Origin: the human T2T-CHM13v2.0 reference genome, Homo sapiens
DNA length: 64,000 nt
Direction: 5' to 3' (one strand)
Assembly (NCBI RefSeq): GCF_009914755.1
Contig: NC_060932.1
Under the pieces are notes generated by a model. That model did not search any database, was not told the origin of the DNA, and worked only from the letters and a program-made list of their open reading frames with translations. Position numbers and translations under genes: made by a program. Below are positions 1 through 13,310 of the stretch, piece after piece; within the stretch, counting starts at the first letter, position 1, and every line of letters starts with the position of its first letter.

Positions 1-119
1 ATATTAGTTTAACTGCTTTCAAGAATAATCTGACAAAAACAAAGCTGAAAGAATATATTCTTTAACCAAAATTAAAGCTACCTACATATTTATCAACAGG
101 AAAATACAGAAAAAAAACT

Positions 120-480
120 AATTAGCAATGCAAATGAATGGACTGGAGCTATATTTATTAATGTGGATGAATCTTTCAAATATAATGTTGAGTAAAATCA
201 AACTATAGAAAAATATGTGTAAAATATCTTTTATACAAAATATGCAATCATTCAAGTCAATGTTGTATATTAATTTTAGAAAGAAATGCTTGAGAATAAA
301 AAGCATGTGATTTAGCATAGGGATTGATTACTTCCGGGAGCCTAGGGGAATGAGATTGGGGATGGTATAGAGAGGCTTCAAGTTTATAGGTCATTTTTAA
401 ATTTCCTGTGCTATGTAGTGTATCATGGGCATTCACCATATTCTTTATATCTTTTTGTACATCTTAAATAATTTTTAAAA
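120..480 (+). mobile_element. Old L1 (L1ME-like) 3' fragment
   Basis: ATGTGGATGAATCTTTCAAATATAATGTTGAGTAAAA resembles the L1M 3' region; highly diverged. Confidence 0.5.
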
Positions 481-2194
481 ACCTAACCCATTATATGCAC
501 ATCATGGACCCATGACAATAGTCTAATGTTGAGAAGTTGGCTGGTAGCACACTGTTTTTCAGGAAATTTCTCCCCTGCACAACAAACTTCCTTATTATTT
601 AAAGAAAGTGGCTTTCTACTGGACACTGAAATTTCCAGGGAAGAATTAAAGCTACCAAGAACTACCACCATGGAATATAATGACGCTTTTTAATTTAAGA
701 TTATATTGGGGAAGTGTCTTAGAAATGGTCTACTTCTTGATCACATCCATATAGTCAAGAATACCTAGGCAAGATACTGACTTTGATAATGCCAGCTGAT
801 GTTCTGTCTGTGAACTGGTGAAGATACTGCTAAATCTATTTAAGGACTTAACATAGGTCCAATTTTCTACTTCCTGACAAAATAATGGTGATGAATGGGA
901 TGAGACTTCCCTAGGGTTCTTCAGAGTCTCTAGGGATAGGACTTTTACTATCAAGAAATGCTCTCCCTCGACCCACTTGGATACAAAATCCAGCCCTGGA
1001 TTTTATATTAGGTGTCTCCTGGCTGCCTGTTTCAGCTGGCAGTCTCCCCCTTCTAAACAACATGGCCCTGTTGTCTTCCGGGTGGTGTTTCTTTCCAAGA
1101 CCAGACTTTCTCATTAGTTTGTGAAATAGCCTACTGGACTAACAGAATTCTCAGCTGAAATTCCCAGCCCTAGAGAGTCATGCTGAGGATGCTGTGAAGC
1201 CAATCTGGGCTGCTTTCTCATGGGTACAGCCACAGAAGAGTCAAGAGCTTAACATTTGGAATCTGACCTGCATTTAGATGCATCTAGTGGACCAATGGCT
1301 ACTTGATTGGTGGAGGGTTTATTGAGATGCTGTTTTTTAATTATAAATCATTGAAATCCACCCCAGAATTATTACTGAAAACAGGAGCCTGGAGTTCTAA
1401 TAAAATTGGAATTTCTATGTTTTTCTGTGAGGGAAGCAAGGCAAGGATTTTAGAGTCATTCCATACACACTAAATAAATCATGTTCCCTCGCTCTGGGGC
1501 AGAGGGACCCAGCACTTCCTGTGCTAGGCCCAGCTGATCGACCTCTATAAAATCTTAGCAGGCACTTAGGTCCCAGCAGGAGCTCTGCTGGGATGAAATC
1601 ATGTAGTGCCTGAGGACAGCATCCGTCCCCCCATCCCCATGGCAACCGTCAATCTCACAGGAACAGAAGACATGCCTTAGGTTTGAGATTTCTCTCAGAA
1701 TGCCCTCTGGGCTGGAAATGTCTTATTAAATTTCAAAGATTCAAGTACTGAGACCCAAGGGAGATGGTTTGCTCTTTTCTTGTACTGGGGTAGGGAAGTG
1801 AGCCACTTTCTCTTTATTGGGAAACCTTGCCTGATGGGTAGAAGTTGTAGGTGGGCATATTTTGCTCAAAACAGACTTCTCCATATAAAAAGCTCTGCTC
1901 AGTAAAGGAGTGACCTATCTTGGAAATTCAAGCATCCTCTGACATTATAATATTAAAGCAGAGGACAGGTGTCTGTTAGTCGAAGATGACAAAAAAATTG
2001 AGTGAGGTTCCCAACAATGGTAAGATTATGTCTGGATTCCCCCACAAAGACTGGGTTGAATCTAGTGGGGTCCATGACTTATGTTAGTGTCCACTCACGT
2101 TGACCAATCTCCAGAAGGAAAATGCTGGATATATGGGAAAGTTAAGGATTTAAAGAGACCATACATGATGAATTTTAAAAACAGGAGACATGGG

Positions 2195-2345
2195 AGAAGG
2201 ACTACGTGTGGACTCTGGTTTTGTCTTTGCCACTAGATGGCTGAGTAACCTTGGACCAGTTATTTAAATGCCCAAGCCTAGGGTTGCTCATTATGTAAAA
2301 TGAAGAGACTAAGCCAGATGTTTTCAAACACCCTTTTCTACTCTC
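2195..2345 (+). mobile_element. MIR SINE
   Basis: Core-like GCCACTAGATGGCTGAGTAACCTTGGACCAGTTATTTAA...TGTAAAATGAAG. Confidence 0.7.
2228..2244 (+). promoter_or_regulatory. Candidate CTCF motif inside the MIR
   Basis: TGCCACTAGATGGCTGA matches the CTCF core CCASYAGRKGGC; motif match only. Confidence 0.3.
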
Positions 2346-4356
2346 AGAATCTCAAACTCAGATCCTTGACAAATGAACAGAGGGAGGGAAATGAGCTATA
2401 GAGCCATGTCATGAATGGAAATTCAGCATTACTAGTTAGTGAAGATAGGCCTCAACCAAAAGGTATTTGATAGATGTAAACATTAATCAAAGTGATGGAT
2501 TTCTTCTAAAAAAAAAGAGGAATATGGTGACCACTCTAAAACTTTGACTTTTTTAATTTGGATTTTTCCAAACTAAAAAAAAAAAAAAAAAAAAATTAAA
2601 AGTAGCATGCCAAGCAGTTCTGTCTTATCACTCTCTTCCTTTGTGTTCTTGACAGCAACCTAATAATTTCTGGAGAGACATGAGATATAGGTAGATAAGT
2701 GAATAACTGTTGCTTAATGAAAATCTTCCCCATCTTTGTTTTAAACTATATAACAGATTAGGGGTCCTGAGAACAAGTCATCCTCCTGTTAATTCTGATA
2801 TCCCATTCTCATGTCTTAACAGTCCATTTTATAACACAAGAGCAGAGAATTGCTGATTCCAGGTAGATAGGGTCAGGATACCTGGTGTGGGATGTAGGTG
2901 ATCAAATCCTCTTTCAGGGAAAGTGCCTTTCGTAATTTTCTCCAAAGAGCAAAGGACTGCCTTTGAGTTCCTAGTCCATAGTTCTAGCAGGGTCATGTTT
3001 AGTAAGTGTAACAACCTCATGAAAAAGCTGTACAGTCTTAAAATAATGTTTTTTGGCAATATCATAATTTTCTATGTCCCCAAATCCCAGGAGTCCTCTA
3101 GGTTCAGAAATGTTCACATTCTGGTTATGTGAGATAAGTATGAAATTAACTTCATTTCATATTATAAAAACCTATGATAAAGCATATTTGACCAATACAA
3201 GCTTTATGTTTCTAGTACCTTCATTACATTTTGACTTTATTGAACTTAATACCATATGTGATATCTGGAATGGGAAATTGAGCTGACTCAGTACTGCCAT
3301 TTATATTTTATAATTAGGAATGGCGTGTAATATATGGACATTTGTGCCTTCTTTTTTTTTTTAAGAGCCTATTTTTGAGCCAAACAAAACCCTCAATTAG
3401 TACAGATTTGAGTTAAGTCAGCAGCTTGTAGTTAAGGAGGGAGAACTCCCTGTCAAATGCCATTTCTTAATTTAACAAACATGAAATGTTTCTCCCTGTA
3501 GTGGTGATCTCTGGGATTTCCTGGTACTTACATTTCACCTCAAAGAATTCCCACGTCTTCTATAAAAATCGGTATTACCTTTAATATTTCCAATATGATC
3601 AGTCTTCTCTCTGCAAATAGATTTAGAAATCTAAGTTTCTTCCAATAGATTTATCTTTGTCATGAGAAAAGGCTTGTAAATCACTAAGCAACAAACAAAT
3701 ATTATTTGTCATTTGTAATAATCTTATTACAACAAATGTCATAGGAAAACTCTACAAAAAATTATTTAATCCAGAAGCAAGTTTGCTACCGTAAGTATTT
3801 TTCCTTGTAAACCTACAGAGCTTCACTCTGTAGGTTATCTTTAGGATGCCTTTTGTTTTTCCTCTCTTCCATTTTCTAATGTTTTCTTGTGAGTAGTTGT
3901 GAAGACATTTTTACTTGCATCTTTGCTTCCTTTATAGACTCTCTTCATCTTAGGAAATGTGGGAAATTCCATTTGCTGAAGATTGGTCTCCAGCAAGGAG
4001 AATACAGAGAGAATGCTTTTCACATTTCTAGAGGGATTAGAGTGGGTTATTCTTTAACACTGAAAGAATCCTTTTATAGGTCATCAGAAAAACAAAACAA
4101 GCAAGCACTAAAATATAATGCCCTGGAGCCAATGTAGGTTCCACAGACTTAGAAAGTTAATTTTTTTTTTTTAATAAGCCCCAGTTTCTCTAATCTGCTC
4201 ACTTACCCTCCAAGTATCCCTTGGGTTTCTCAATCTATAAGCACCTGGTGCCTTCATGCTGTCTCTTTTAAGCCTCAATAAAAAAACTAAAATTATATTT
4301 TGGGTTCATCCTGGGATAGAAATGATAATTACATAAAGCATTTACTGGCAGAACGC

Positions 4357-4754
4357 TGCTATGGTTTGAAAGTTTGCGTCCCTCCAAAATTCATGTTGAA
4401 GCTTAATCTCCAATACAATAGTATTAAGAGGTAGGGCCTTTAGGAGGTCATTGGGTCTTGAGGGCTCCTCCTTTGTGAATGGCATTAAGGCCCTTATAAA
4501 AGAGGCTTCACACAGTGCTGGGCCCTTTTTCATCTTCCGCCCTTCTGCCGAGTGAGGACACTGTGTTTGTCCTCTCAGGAGGATGCGACAAGGCGCCATC
4601 TTGAAGCAGAGAGCAGCTCTCACCAGACACTGAACCGGCCAGCACCTTGAACTTGGACTTCCCAGCTTCTACAACTGTGTGAAATAGACTTCTAAAGTTT
4701 TTAACTTGCCCAGTCTGTGGTATTCTGTTATAGCAGTGCAAATGAACTAAGATA
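4357..4754 (+). mobile_element. ERVL-MaLR solo LTR (MSTD/MLT1A-like)
   Basis: Starts TGCTATGGTTTGAA, ends GTTATAGCAG...AACTAAGATA; internal ACCTTGAACTTGGACTTCCCAGC. Confidence 0.85.
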
Positions 4755-6579
4755 AAGGTCATTTGTATTTAATAGGGAAAAAAGTTTAGGGTTGAAGGAA
4801 TAAGTTTTTGTGAGAATGTTGAGTGGAGCCATGGGTGGGGGTGATTTGTCAGAGATTTGAGCCTTCTCATTTCGCTCTCTGCTGCCATCAAAGCTACCTA
4901 TGCTTGAGGCTAGCCCAAGGCTGGACCTCTTTTCACCACAGAGACAAGATTCATGATCTGACCACTTATTTACTATAACACACAGATTTCATCAAGGTAG
5001 GAAGAAGTGAGAAGTTGAGAAAAAGAGGCTTTGAGCAGACAGGGAGAGTACCTGTTGGTTTAGCAAGATTCAAAACACTTTCCAGAGAAGACCTCAAAGA
5101 TCCACAGTTTCGACTGTGAGTCCTCATGCTATGGAGTGTCTCTGACTTCCTTTAATGTGATCCTGTCATGGTCTATAAAATCTACCTTAAAATTAATTTC
5201 TGAAGAATTGGGATGGCCTCACCACCATCTGCTTCTTACATTCCTGTGCACTTGGAGCTGGAAGCCCCTGGAGTGATGAGCCTGGAATACCAGGCCTCAT
5301 ATTAACAATTTCATGGGGTTAACAACTGTGATTTTCTGACTTTCTGCCTTCTTTACCTTCATGCTTCATTTATTATTGCCTAATGGTTCTGATAATTGAG
5401 GAATAGATTGAGAGTAAGCGCAAGGCCAACTAGGGGCAAAGGACAGAAACTTGTGTTTTCTAGAAAAAAACAGAGCAGGAAAACCTTTTGGTTCTTTGGC
5501 GGTTCCTGGAGGAAATTACTTTCTGTACCTCAGCCAGTTGTCATGTCCCAAGCAAATGGACAGATCAGATATTTAGCCCTATCCTGATCTTAGCTAATTT
5601 AGTGTGCTCTGTGGTTGCTGATGTGTAACTGGCCAATGGTTTAGGCTTAGAACTACCTCCTAAGCCCTGCTCTCAGATGCAGATAACCAAGACCGTGTCC
5701 TCTGTGGCCTTATGTCAAAAGGAGACCTATACTAAAGAGGTTAGGCCAGAGCTGACTAGTCACTTGGAGGAATAAGTAGAAAAAAGAAATGCTTATCACT
5801 TTATACCTTAGAGAGAAGAGGCCAAGAACAATTGCTTTGTATAATGAAGAGAACTAGGCCCAGTAAAAGACCAGGTTTCTTTGGAGTGGTTAACCTCAGG
5901 GAGCAAGAAAATTCTATAGCAGTCCAAGAAAATAAGATGAAAGCAGCACACGGGTACTTCCTAACATGACTGAGGTTTCTGTCAATTTGAGCAGCGTTCC
6001 TAGAATCCCCCAGCACCACTTCCTAATTTGACCTTTCATGATTTGAGACCTTAAACCACAAAACCAAACTACAATCCCTATAAAACTTTGGCACAAGAGG
6101 GTGGACTCAGGAGGATTTTTATCCTTAAGCCTATATTTTCTGACTTTGGCTGGCTTATGTGTTATCCTTAAAATATCTGGAACACATTTTTTATCATTTG
6201 TGATTTACTCTGAAGGTCTGGGGCTAAAGCAACAGAAACGGCTCTTTTGGGGATCATTTCACACATTGGAGCCTAAGAAATTAGGAATCCCTTAAAATTG
6301 AAGTTAGTAAAATGAAATTTCCAAAAGCAGTGGATTTTGGGATTTTCTATGGTCTTATCATCTGCAGACTGGTTTAAAAACCCAAATTATTATGACATAT
6401 ATAAAGTGCAAGTATGAATTGGTAGTCAAATCTTACCCAAACCTTTCAAATAATTATCAAATGTGTGCTTTCCCAGTCACCAAGGGGCAGGTTTGTCATG
6501 CTTAGTCCCTAAGATTCTTCTTTATAATTCTTGTTCTCATTTTTTATTTTCTTCTCTGAACTTCTGCAGTCTGAACACT

Positions 6580-6780
6580 GGTCTACAGTCAGCAAATATT
6601 TGCTGCTGGAAGCAGGAATCACTCCAGCTATTTTAAGCAGAAAGAGATTTAATACAGAGATTTGAATGCTCATGCATTGTTGGAAGGGTTACCAGAATGA
6701 GCTTTAGGCTGAGTATCTAGGAGTACCGCCAATAAGATCTCCTAACTGGCCTATCAGAAGGAAAACATACCTTTCCCACG
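6580..6780. mobile_element. Old MLT1-type LTR fragment
   Basis: CAGCTATTTTAAGCAGAAAGAGATTTAAT motif resembles MLT1 LTRs. Confidence 0.4.
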
Positions 6781-6823
6781 TTCCAAACAGAGAATGGGAA
6801 TTTCTAGGATCAATATAAAAATA

Positions 6824-6906
6824 TTTTTTTGAGACAGGATCTTGCTTTGTTGCCCAGGTTGGAGTGCAGTGATGCCATCGTAGTTCATGGCACCACTGCA
6901 CTCCAA
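6824..6906 (-). mobile_element. Alu 3' fragment ending in a fold-back
   Basis: TTTTTTTGAGACAGGATCTTGCTTTGTTGCCCAGGTTGGAGTGCAGTG, followed by its own reverse complement. Confidence 0.8.
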
Positions 6907-7184
6907 TTAGATTCTTCCAGTTGGATGCATGGTATGAGAGTTGGAGGAATCTCATTGTATGAGACCCAACAGAAGTGAGATGGAAACCTTCTGAGTGCTG
7001 CTACTCTTGTTTTTGCCGCCAAGCTAGATTGTGGAGATGGGTTTTTCTATGACTACATTGTAGCCTCCAGTCACTAATTCTCTGGCTATGGTTGCAGACC
7101 ATAGCCTGGAAGTAGTTGCAGACACGGTAGCAATGGCTTTCAAAAAATCTGAGTGACAGGTCTGTAGATAACTATTGAGCCTAG

Positions 7185-7477
7185 GGCTAGTGTGGTGGCT
7201 CATGCCTGTGATACCAGTGCTTTGGGATGCCATGGTGGGAGGACTGCTTGAGGCTGGGAGCTTGAGACCAGCCAAACAACATAGCAAGGCCCTGTCTCTA
7301 CTGCAAGTAATAAAAAATTAGTCAGGCATGGTATGTGCATGTAGCCCCTGCTACTCAGGAGGCTGAAGTAGGAGGATTGCTTGAGCCTGGGACATCAAGG
7401 CTACAGTGAGCTACAGTGGGACCACTGCACTCTAGCCTAGGCAACAGAGTGAGACCTAGTCTCAAAAAAAAAAAAAA
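7185..7477 (+). mobile_element. AluJ
   Basis: Dimeric Alu with A-rich linker and poly(A); diverged, J-type positions. Confidence 0.9.
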
Positions 7478-7959
7478 TTGAATGACTTTCCTTCTTATTA
7501 GGTAGAGTATATTTTTAGCATAGTTTATTTTTTTATGCCCAAAGATCTTGCGGTAACTTGAGGTCATCATTCTGAACATTTATGATCACCATACAGAAAG
7601 AATGATAGAGAAGGCAATTGGAGGTAGATTATGTCGAGTCTAATGTGTAGGGACTCCAAGTCATGACTTTTTTAGGAAAAACACATTGATGTCAATCATT
7701 TTGCCATATTTTAGTTTTTTACTAGAGGCTGAATGCAAGGAAAAGTGTGGGTATCAGCACTATAATAATTCTGGCCAAACTTAAACTTGACAGCTCCATA
7801 TAACTACAGTATACAAACTAATATCAACATACTAAAATTTTATTTAGCAAAATTTTCCCCAAAATCATTTCTTGCAGGGATAAGTAGGTTGTCCGTGGTG
7901 ATTGTTGGAAGAAGTTCATAAACTAGAAAGTCAGTGCTATAGAAAAATCACAGTGTCAA

Positions 7960-8100
7960 GGAATATTAAATTGAGAAGGATTCTTAGAGATTATCCAAAC
8001 ATGAATGCCAGAGAGATACTGTGACTTGCCTAGGGTCACACACCTGCTAAGTGGAAAGGTCTGTATCTTCTGATTCACTCAATACTCTTTTCACCACTCA
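7960..8100 (-). mobile_element. MIR fragment
   Basis: GTGACTTGCCTAGGGTCACACACCTGCTAAGTGG. Confidence 0.6.
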
Positions 8101-9170
8101 ACAGGTGAGGTGCTTGTTTAATAGAATTGAGTTTTCATTCATTGGAAAAGAAAAGTGGCTAAAGTCTACATTCATATACTAACCTTTGGAGGACTTAAGA
8201 ATCTCCAAATTCATTGCCAAATATATAAAGAAGCTTGACTTCTGTTCTTGGCATATTGAGCCAAATACACATACATATATGTACATATACACACTACCAT
8301 CTGGTTAAAGTGATTTCAATATAGATATTAATAAAGGTGATGGCAATAACAGAAGGAAAACTCTCAGATTTCCTTCAGCCATGCAATTCTTTGAATTCTC
8401 ATCCATTTCTGTGATACACTCAAAACATCAATGCTCTCATCCACACAATGGCTTTCTTTTACCTTAACTTAAAAATTGGGATCATTATGTGTATGTTTCA
8501 GTTCAGTGTGTGGTGATATAAGTCTTCTAAGAAGGTTGCGCACTTTGATGTCAGAATTGAGAAAATGAGTGTCTTAGATATCATGAATTGGTAGTAACTG
8601 TTATGCTGGCATGATGAATTGTTTCCAGGAATTGAAATATGATAGACTTGGTTGTTCTGGGAAGAAAGAACACAAAGCCTACCCAGGGAGGGTTGCGGGG
8701 GAGGTGGGGATGAAATAATAGACAAGTTAGTAGGACACTTCCCAGGACCAGCAGAATAAGATATTCTATTATTATATTTCTAGTTCCTAGTGGGGTTTTT
8801 AATTTTATTTTTATTGAATTTAGCTATTGTTCATACCTGCAAAGAGAGTCCATATGGATCCATAAAGCAGAGAACAATAATCAGATGATCCAATAACCTA
8901 TAGGAAAGCAGTGCCCCCCAAATACCTTCTCTGCTCTCTCTCAGCACCATGTCTAAAGTAATGAGTGTTAGCAGCATAATAGGGTCATCCCTTCTCTTAG
9001 CAGAAAACCTGATAGCAAGTATGTATTCTCAGGCACTGTGCTTACTAACCAGGATAAGCAAAATTCACTAAGAAAATCACAATTCCTTAGCCTTTATCAA
9101 TTCAAGCTGATTGCCGGGACTCAAAAAACTAATAGTAATAATTATGATAGTAATAAGGAAAGAACATTAA

Positions 9171-9503
<333 letters not shown>

Positions 9504-9729
9504 CTTAACTCTTACAACTAAACACACACAACTCCTTCATTAAAGAAACAAATGATGGCTTCTTAGGAGAAAACTGATATTTATAAAATAATTAGGGAAA
9601 GAAAAAAAACTAACCTTAACCATTAACCAGGAAGTTTCCTGGGGAAAAATACTTTAAAGAGATAAATAGTATGAAGATGGGGTGTATTTTGAGTTTTCAT
9701 AAAGGAAAGACTATTTAAAAAAAAAATTT

Positions 9730-9820
9730 GTTCAGCTACTCAGGAGGCTGAAATGGATCACTTGAGCTCAAGAGTTTGAGACCAAGCCTGGGCGACATAA
9801 CAAGACCCTGTTTTAATTTA
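9730..9820 (+). mobile_element. Alu monomer fragment (FLAM/AluJ-like)
   Basis: CAGCTACTCAGGAGGCTGA...GAGTTTGAGACCAAGCCTGGGCGACATA. Confidence 0.75.
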
Positions 9821-10019
9821 AAATATATATATTGTACACTGAAAGTAGAATTTTTTTAAAACCACTTCCTGATGTGGAGAAGCAAGCATCCTGGAAATGC
9901 AGAAACTAGATCATCAGCTAATATCAATTGAGTATTTATTATGTTAAGAATTTTATTTTAACCAATCTTTATATGGAATCTATGAGATAGGTACTAAGAA
10001 TAATAAAATGCAATGTGTA

Positions 10020-10250
10020 TTTAGTATTTAGAATTTTCTGAGCATTACTTTAATTACTTTAGATCAATTTACTCTTTGAGCTCTCTTTATGGCCTATGAA
10101 ATAGGTACTAGTATTATCCTTATAGAACAGGAAACAAAGCACAGAGATATCAAACACATTGTCCAAAGTATCTCACCACCAAGTAGATAAGCCAGGATTT
10201 GAACTCAGGCAGTCTGAATTCAGAGGCTACACTAAGCCATGCTGCCATTA
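10020..10250 (-). mobile_element. MIR
   Basis: GCCAGGATTTGAACTCAGGCAGTCTGAATTCAGAG. Confidence 0.7.
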
Positions 10251-10457
10251 TTTTTGTGAACCCTATTATGCCTGTGATGGGTTTTTTTTTTTTCCTTTTC
10301 CAAAACAGAGATTTATGGCATCTTCACTCATTTCTTCAACAAACTGATATTTGTTGAGGGCCAGTGTGGTCAGGTCCTGCTCTAGGGCATGGAAAACCTC
10401 AGTGACCATAACTGACTGTTCTCTGCTCTTGTGGAGTCATCATTCTAGCTGTCTCTT

Positions 10458-10859
10458 TGACACAGTTTGGATGTTTGTCCCCTCCAAATCTTACGTTGAT
10501 GCGTAATCCCCAATGTTGAAGATTGGGCCTGGTGGGAAGTGATTGGATCATAAAAGCGGATTCCTCATGAATAGCATAGCGCCATCCCTTTGGTGATGAG
10601 TGAGTTCACGTGAGAGCTGGCCCCTCCTCTCACTCCCTCACTTCTGCTCTCTCTCTTGTTCCTGATCTCACCAGGTGATGTGCTTGCTCCCCCTTCCCCT
10701 TCCACCATGATTGTAAGCATCCTGAGGTCCTCACCAGAAGCAGATGCTGAAGCCATGCTTGCACAGCCTATAACACCATGAGGCAATTAAACCTCTTTTC
10801 TTAATAAAATACCCAGCATCAAGTATTTCTTGATAGCAACACAAAAATGGCCCAACACA
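10458..10859 (+). mobile_element. MST-type MaLR solo LTR (MSTB-like)
   Basis: TG...CA ends; GTTTGGATGTTTGTCCCCTCCAAATC; CCATGATTGTAAGC. Confidence 0.85.
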
Positions 10860-11105
10860 GGCCTCATCTGAGCAATGACTTGAATGCAAATGGGAAGATT
10901 TGTCTCATAGAAATCCTGATCCCAAGAAAAAGTGGTCAGGTGAAGGACAGTTAATCAAAGTCCTAAGATAGACGTACATGTTTCAGAAAATTCCAGGTGG
11001 AAAGGACAGCTTGAGCAAAGGCTCCAGGGTAGGATCATATTGGGCATGCTTGAGAAAAACAAGGAGGACAAACAGCTGGAGCAGTGAAGCAGAAGGTCAG
11101 GATGG

Positions 11106-11483
11106 TGAAATGGTTTGGCTGTGTCCTCACCTAAATCTCATCTTGAATTGTAATATCCATAATCCCCACATGTCGAGGGAGGGACCCAATGGGAGGTGAT
11201 TGGATCATGGAGGCAGTTCCCCCCTTGCTGTTCTCATAATAGCGAGTGAATTCTCACAAGATCTGATGGTTTCATAATCATCTGGCATTTCCCCTGTTTG
11301 CACTTCTCCCCACTGCCACCACGTGCAGATGGTCCTTGCTTCACCTTTGCTTTCTGGCATGATTGTAAGTTTCCTGAGGCCTCCCCAGTCATGTGGAACT
11401 GTGAGTCAATTAAACGTCTTTCTTTTATAAATTACCCAGTCTCAGGTAGTATCTTTATAGCAGTGTGAGAACAGAGTAATACA
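11106..11483 (+). mobile_element. THE1/MSTA-type MaLR solo LTR with 5-bp TSD
   Basis: TGAAATGGTTTGGCTGTGTC...GAGTAATACA flanked by GATGG at 11101-11105 and 11484-11488. Confidence 0.9.
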
Positions 11484-12178
11484 GATGGTCACAGGGACTA
11501 GACATTATAAGGCCCACAGTAAGCACACTGGTTTTCACTTTGAGTAAAATGGGGAGCCATTGCAGGGTTTTGAACTGAAAAATGACATAATCTGACTTGT
11601 TTCTTAAAAGAATCAGTCTACTGAATTGTGAATAGGCTGTAGACAGGCAAGGATAGAAGTAACAAGTTCCTGATAAACTGATGTGGGGAAGGCTAATGTG
11701 GACCAGGGACCGAGCTGAAAGATCAGGAACTCAAGTTTGGATACACTGAGTTCAAATGCTTATTAGACTTATGAGTGGAAATGCCAGGTTGACAGTTGAC
11801 AGGACTTTGGGAGAGAGACCTAGGCTAAGGATGTAAAACTAGGGGTTACCAGCACATAAATGAAATTGAAACCTACATGGCTGGATGAGGTTAATAAGCT
11901 AGCAGATATAGCTGGAGAGAAGGCCTAAGGACTAGCTCTGGGCAGTCTAACTTTAACAGGAGGAACCAGCAAAGGAAACTAAGAAGGAACAAACAAATGA
12001 GGCAAAAGAAGATAAATGAATTTGATGTTCTACAAGGCAAGTATAAAGCATATCTCAAAGAGTAATTTTTTTTTATTAAGCCCTTTGTAAACAGGCCTTA
12101 TTTTCACCACTCTGTTGCTTGTCATTTGTATCAGACAGCTATTGGTGCTTCTGTGGCTGACCTCACTCATGAGCCTGC

Positions 12179-12937
12179 TGTTGTTGAACCAGACTAGGAA
12201 CCACTCGCCCAGTGCAGCAAAGCCAAACACTGACATTGCGATTATGGCAAAAGAAAGGGAGACATTTATTGCAGAGCACCAAGCAAGGAAAATCAGGCAG
12301 CTAACGCTCATGACCTGAACTTCCAGATGGCTGATAGAGAAGGGTTTTTAAAGGTGGGGAGGCTGAGGTTATAGGCAAAGTCATAAGTAAAAACATGGAA
12401 GCTATATATTAGTTTGAACTAAAAAGGCAGGACATCTCCAAGTGGGAGCCTACAGGTTATAGGTGGATTCAAAGATTTTCTGATTTGTGATTAGTTAAGA
12501 GGGCAAAGCTTTGTCTGAAAATTTGGGATCAGCAGAAAAGAGTGTTAGCTTTGGCTCATGGACATGACCTCCTCCAAGCACCTCAGGAAGAAATTTAGAA
12601 CAAAGAATGGCAGGCAGAATTCAGTCCTCAGTTTCCCCTTATCTGAGGCCTCTGTGCCCACAGATCTATTTGGTGGGGGGCTGGGTTTCTAAAACACAAC
12701 TCAGGGACATGTGTTAAGATGTTATCTTTAGTTTCTACAGAGAACAAAATATCCCATGATTCTAGCTTCCTTCCTTCTTGGCTATTGTTTTAAACTACTA
12801 TTACTTTCTTGCTTATCAAGTTGTTCTCAGGGCTAGCTGAGTGCCTGGAATTTCTCATGAAGGAACTCAAGATTTTCCTTTATTTTCAGGCTCAGGGGGC
12901 TCTGCAGGGCCCTTAGAGGGGTCCCTGTTCTGTCTCA
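12179..12937 (-). mobile_element. ERV1 (MER4-group) solo LTR nested in an MLT1 element
   Basis: TG...CA termini; TTATAGGTGGATTCAAAGATTTTCTGATT motif; flanks CTGC/CTAC resemble a 4-bp TSD. Confidence 0.7.
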
Positions 12938-13310
12938 CTACAGCCAGCTGGAAGGTCAGCTGGGGGCTGGTTGGTCTAGGATGACTTAGGCTTGGCTGAT
13001 TCAGCTCTGTTCCATATGATGTCTCATGCTTCAGGGGACTAGCCCAGTCTTATTCTCACAGAAGAAGGCAGGGGTTCAAGAGAGAACAAAAGAAAGGGAG
13101 GGAAGAAATGCACAGGCATCTAGAGTCCTAGGCTTGGAACTGGAACACTGTCACTGTTGCTATTTTATATTGGCCAAAGCACGTCAAAAGATCAGTATGT
13201 ATTCAAGATGTAGAAAGTACATTAAACTTTTTGATGAGATGAATGCAAGTCACGATGCATAGATCATGGAAATAGAGAGGGATGAAAATTTGGAAACATT
13301 TTGCAATCAC
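12938..13310. mobile_element. Old MLT1 LTR (continues from ~12130-12178)
   Basis: GGTCAGCTGGGGGCTGGTTGGTCTAGGATG...CTGTCACTGTTGCTATTTTATATTGGCCAAAGC. Confidence 0.65.

Larger units (their letters stand above)
10325..12060 (-). mobile_element. L2 relic interrupted by two MaLR LTRs
   Basis: L2-like blocks (GGGGAGCCATTGCAGGGTTTTGAA, CAAGTTTGGATACACTGAGTTCAAATGC) on either side of the LTRs. Confidence 0.65.
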
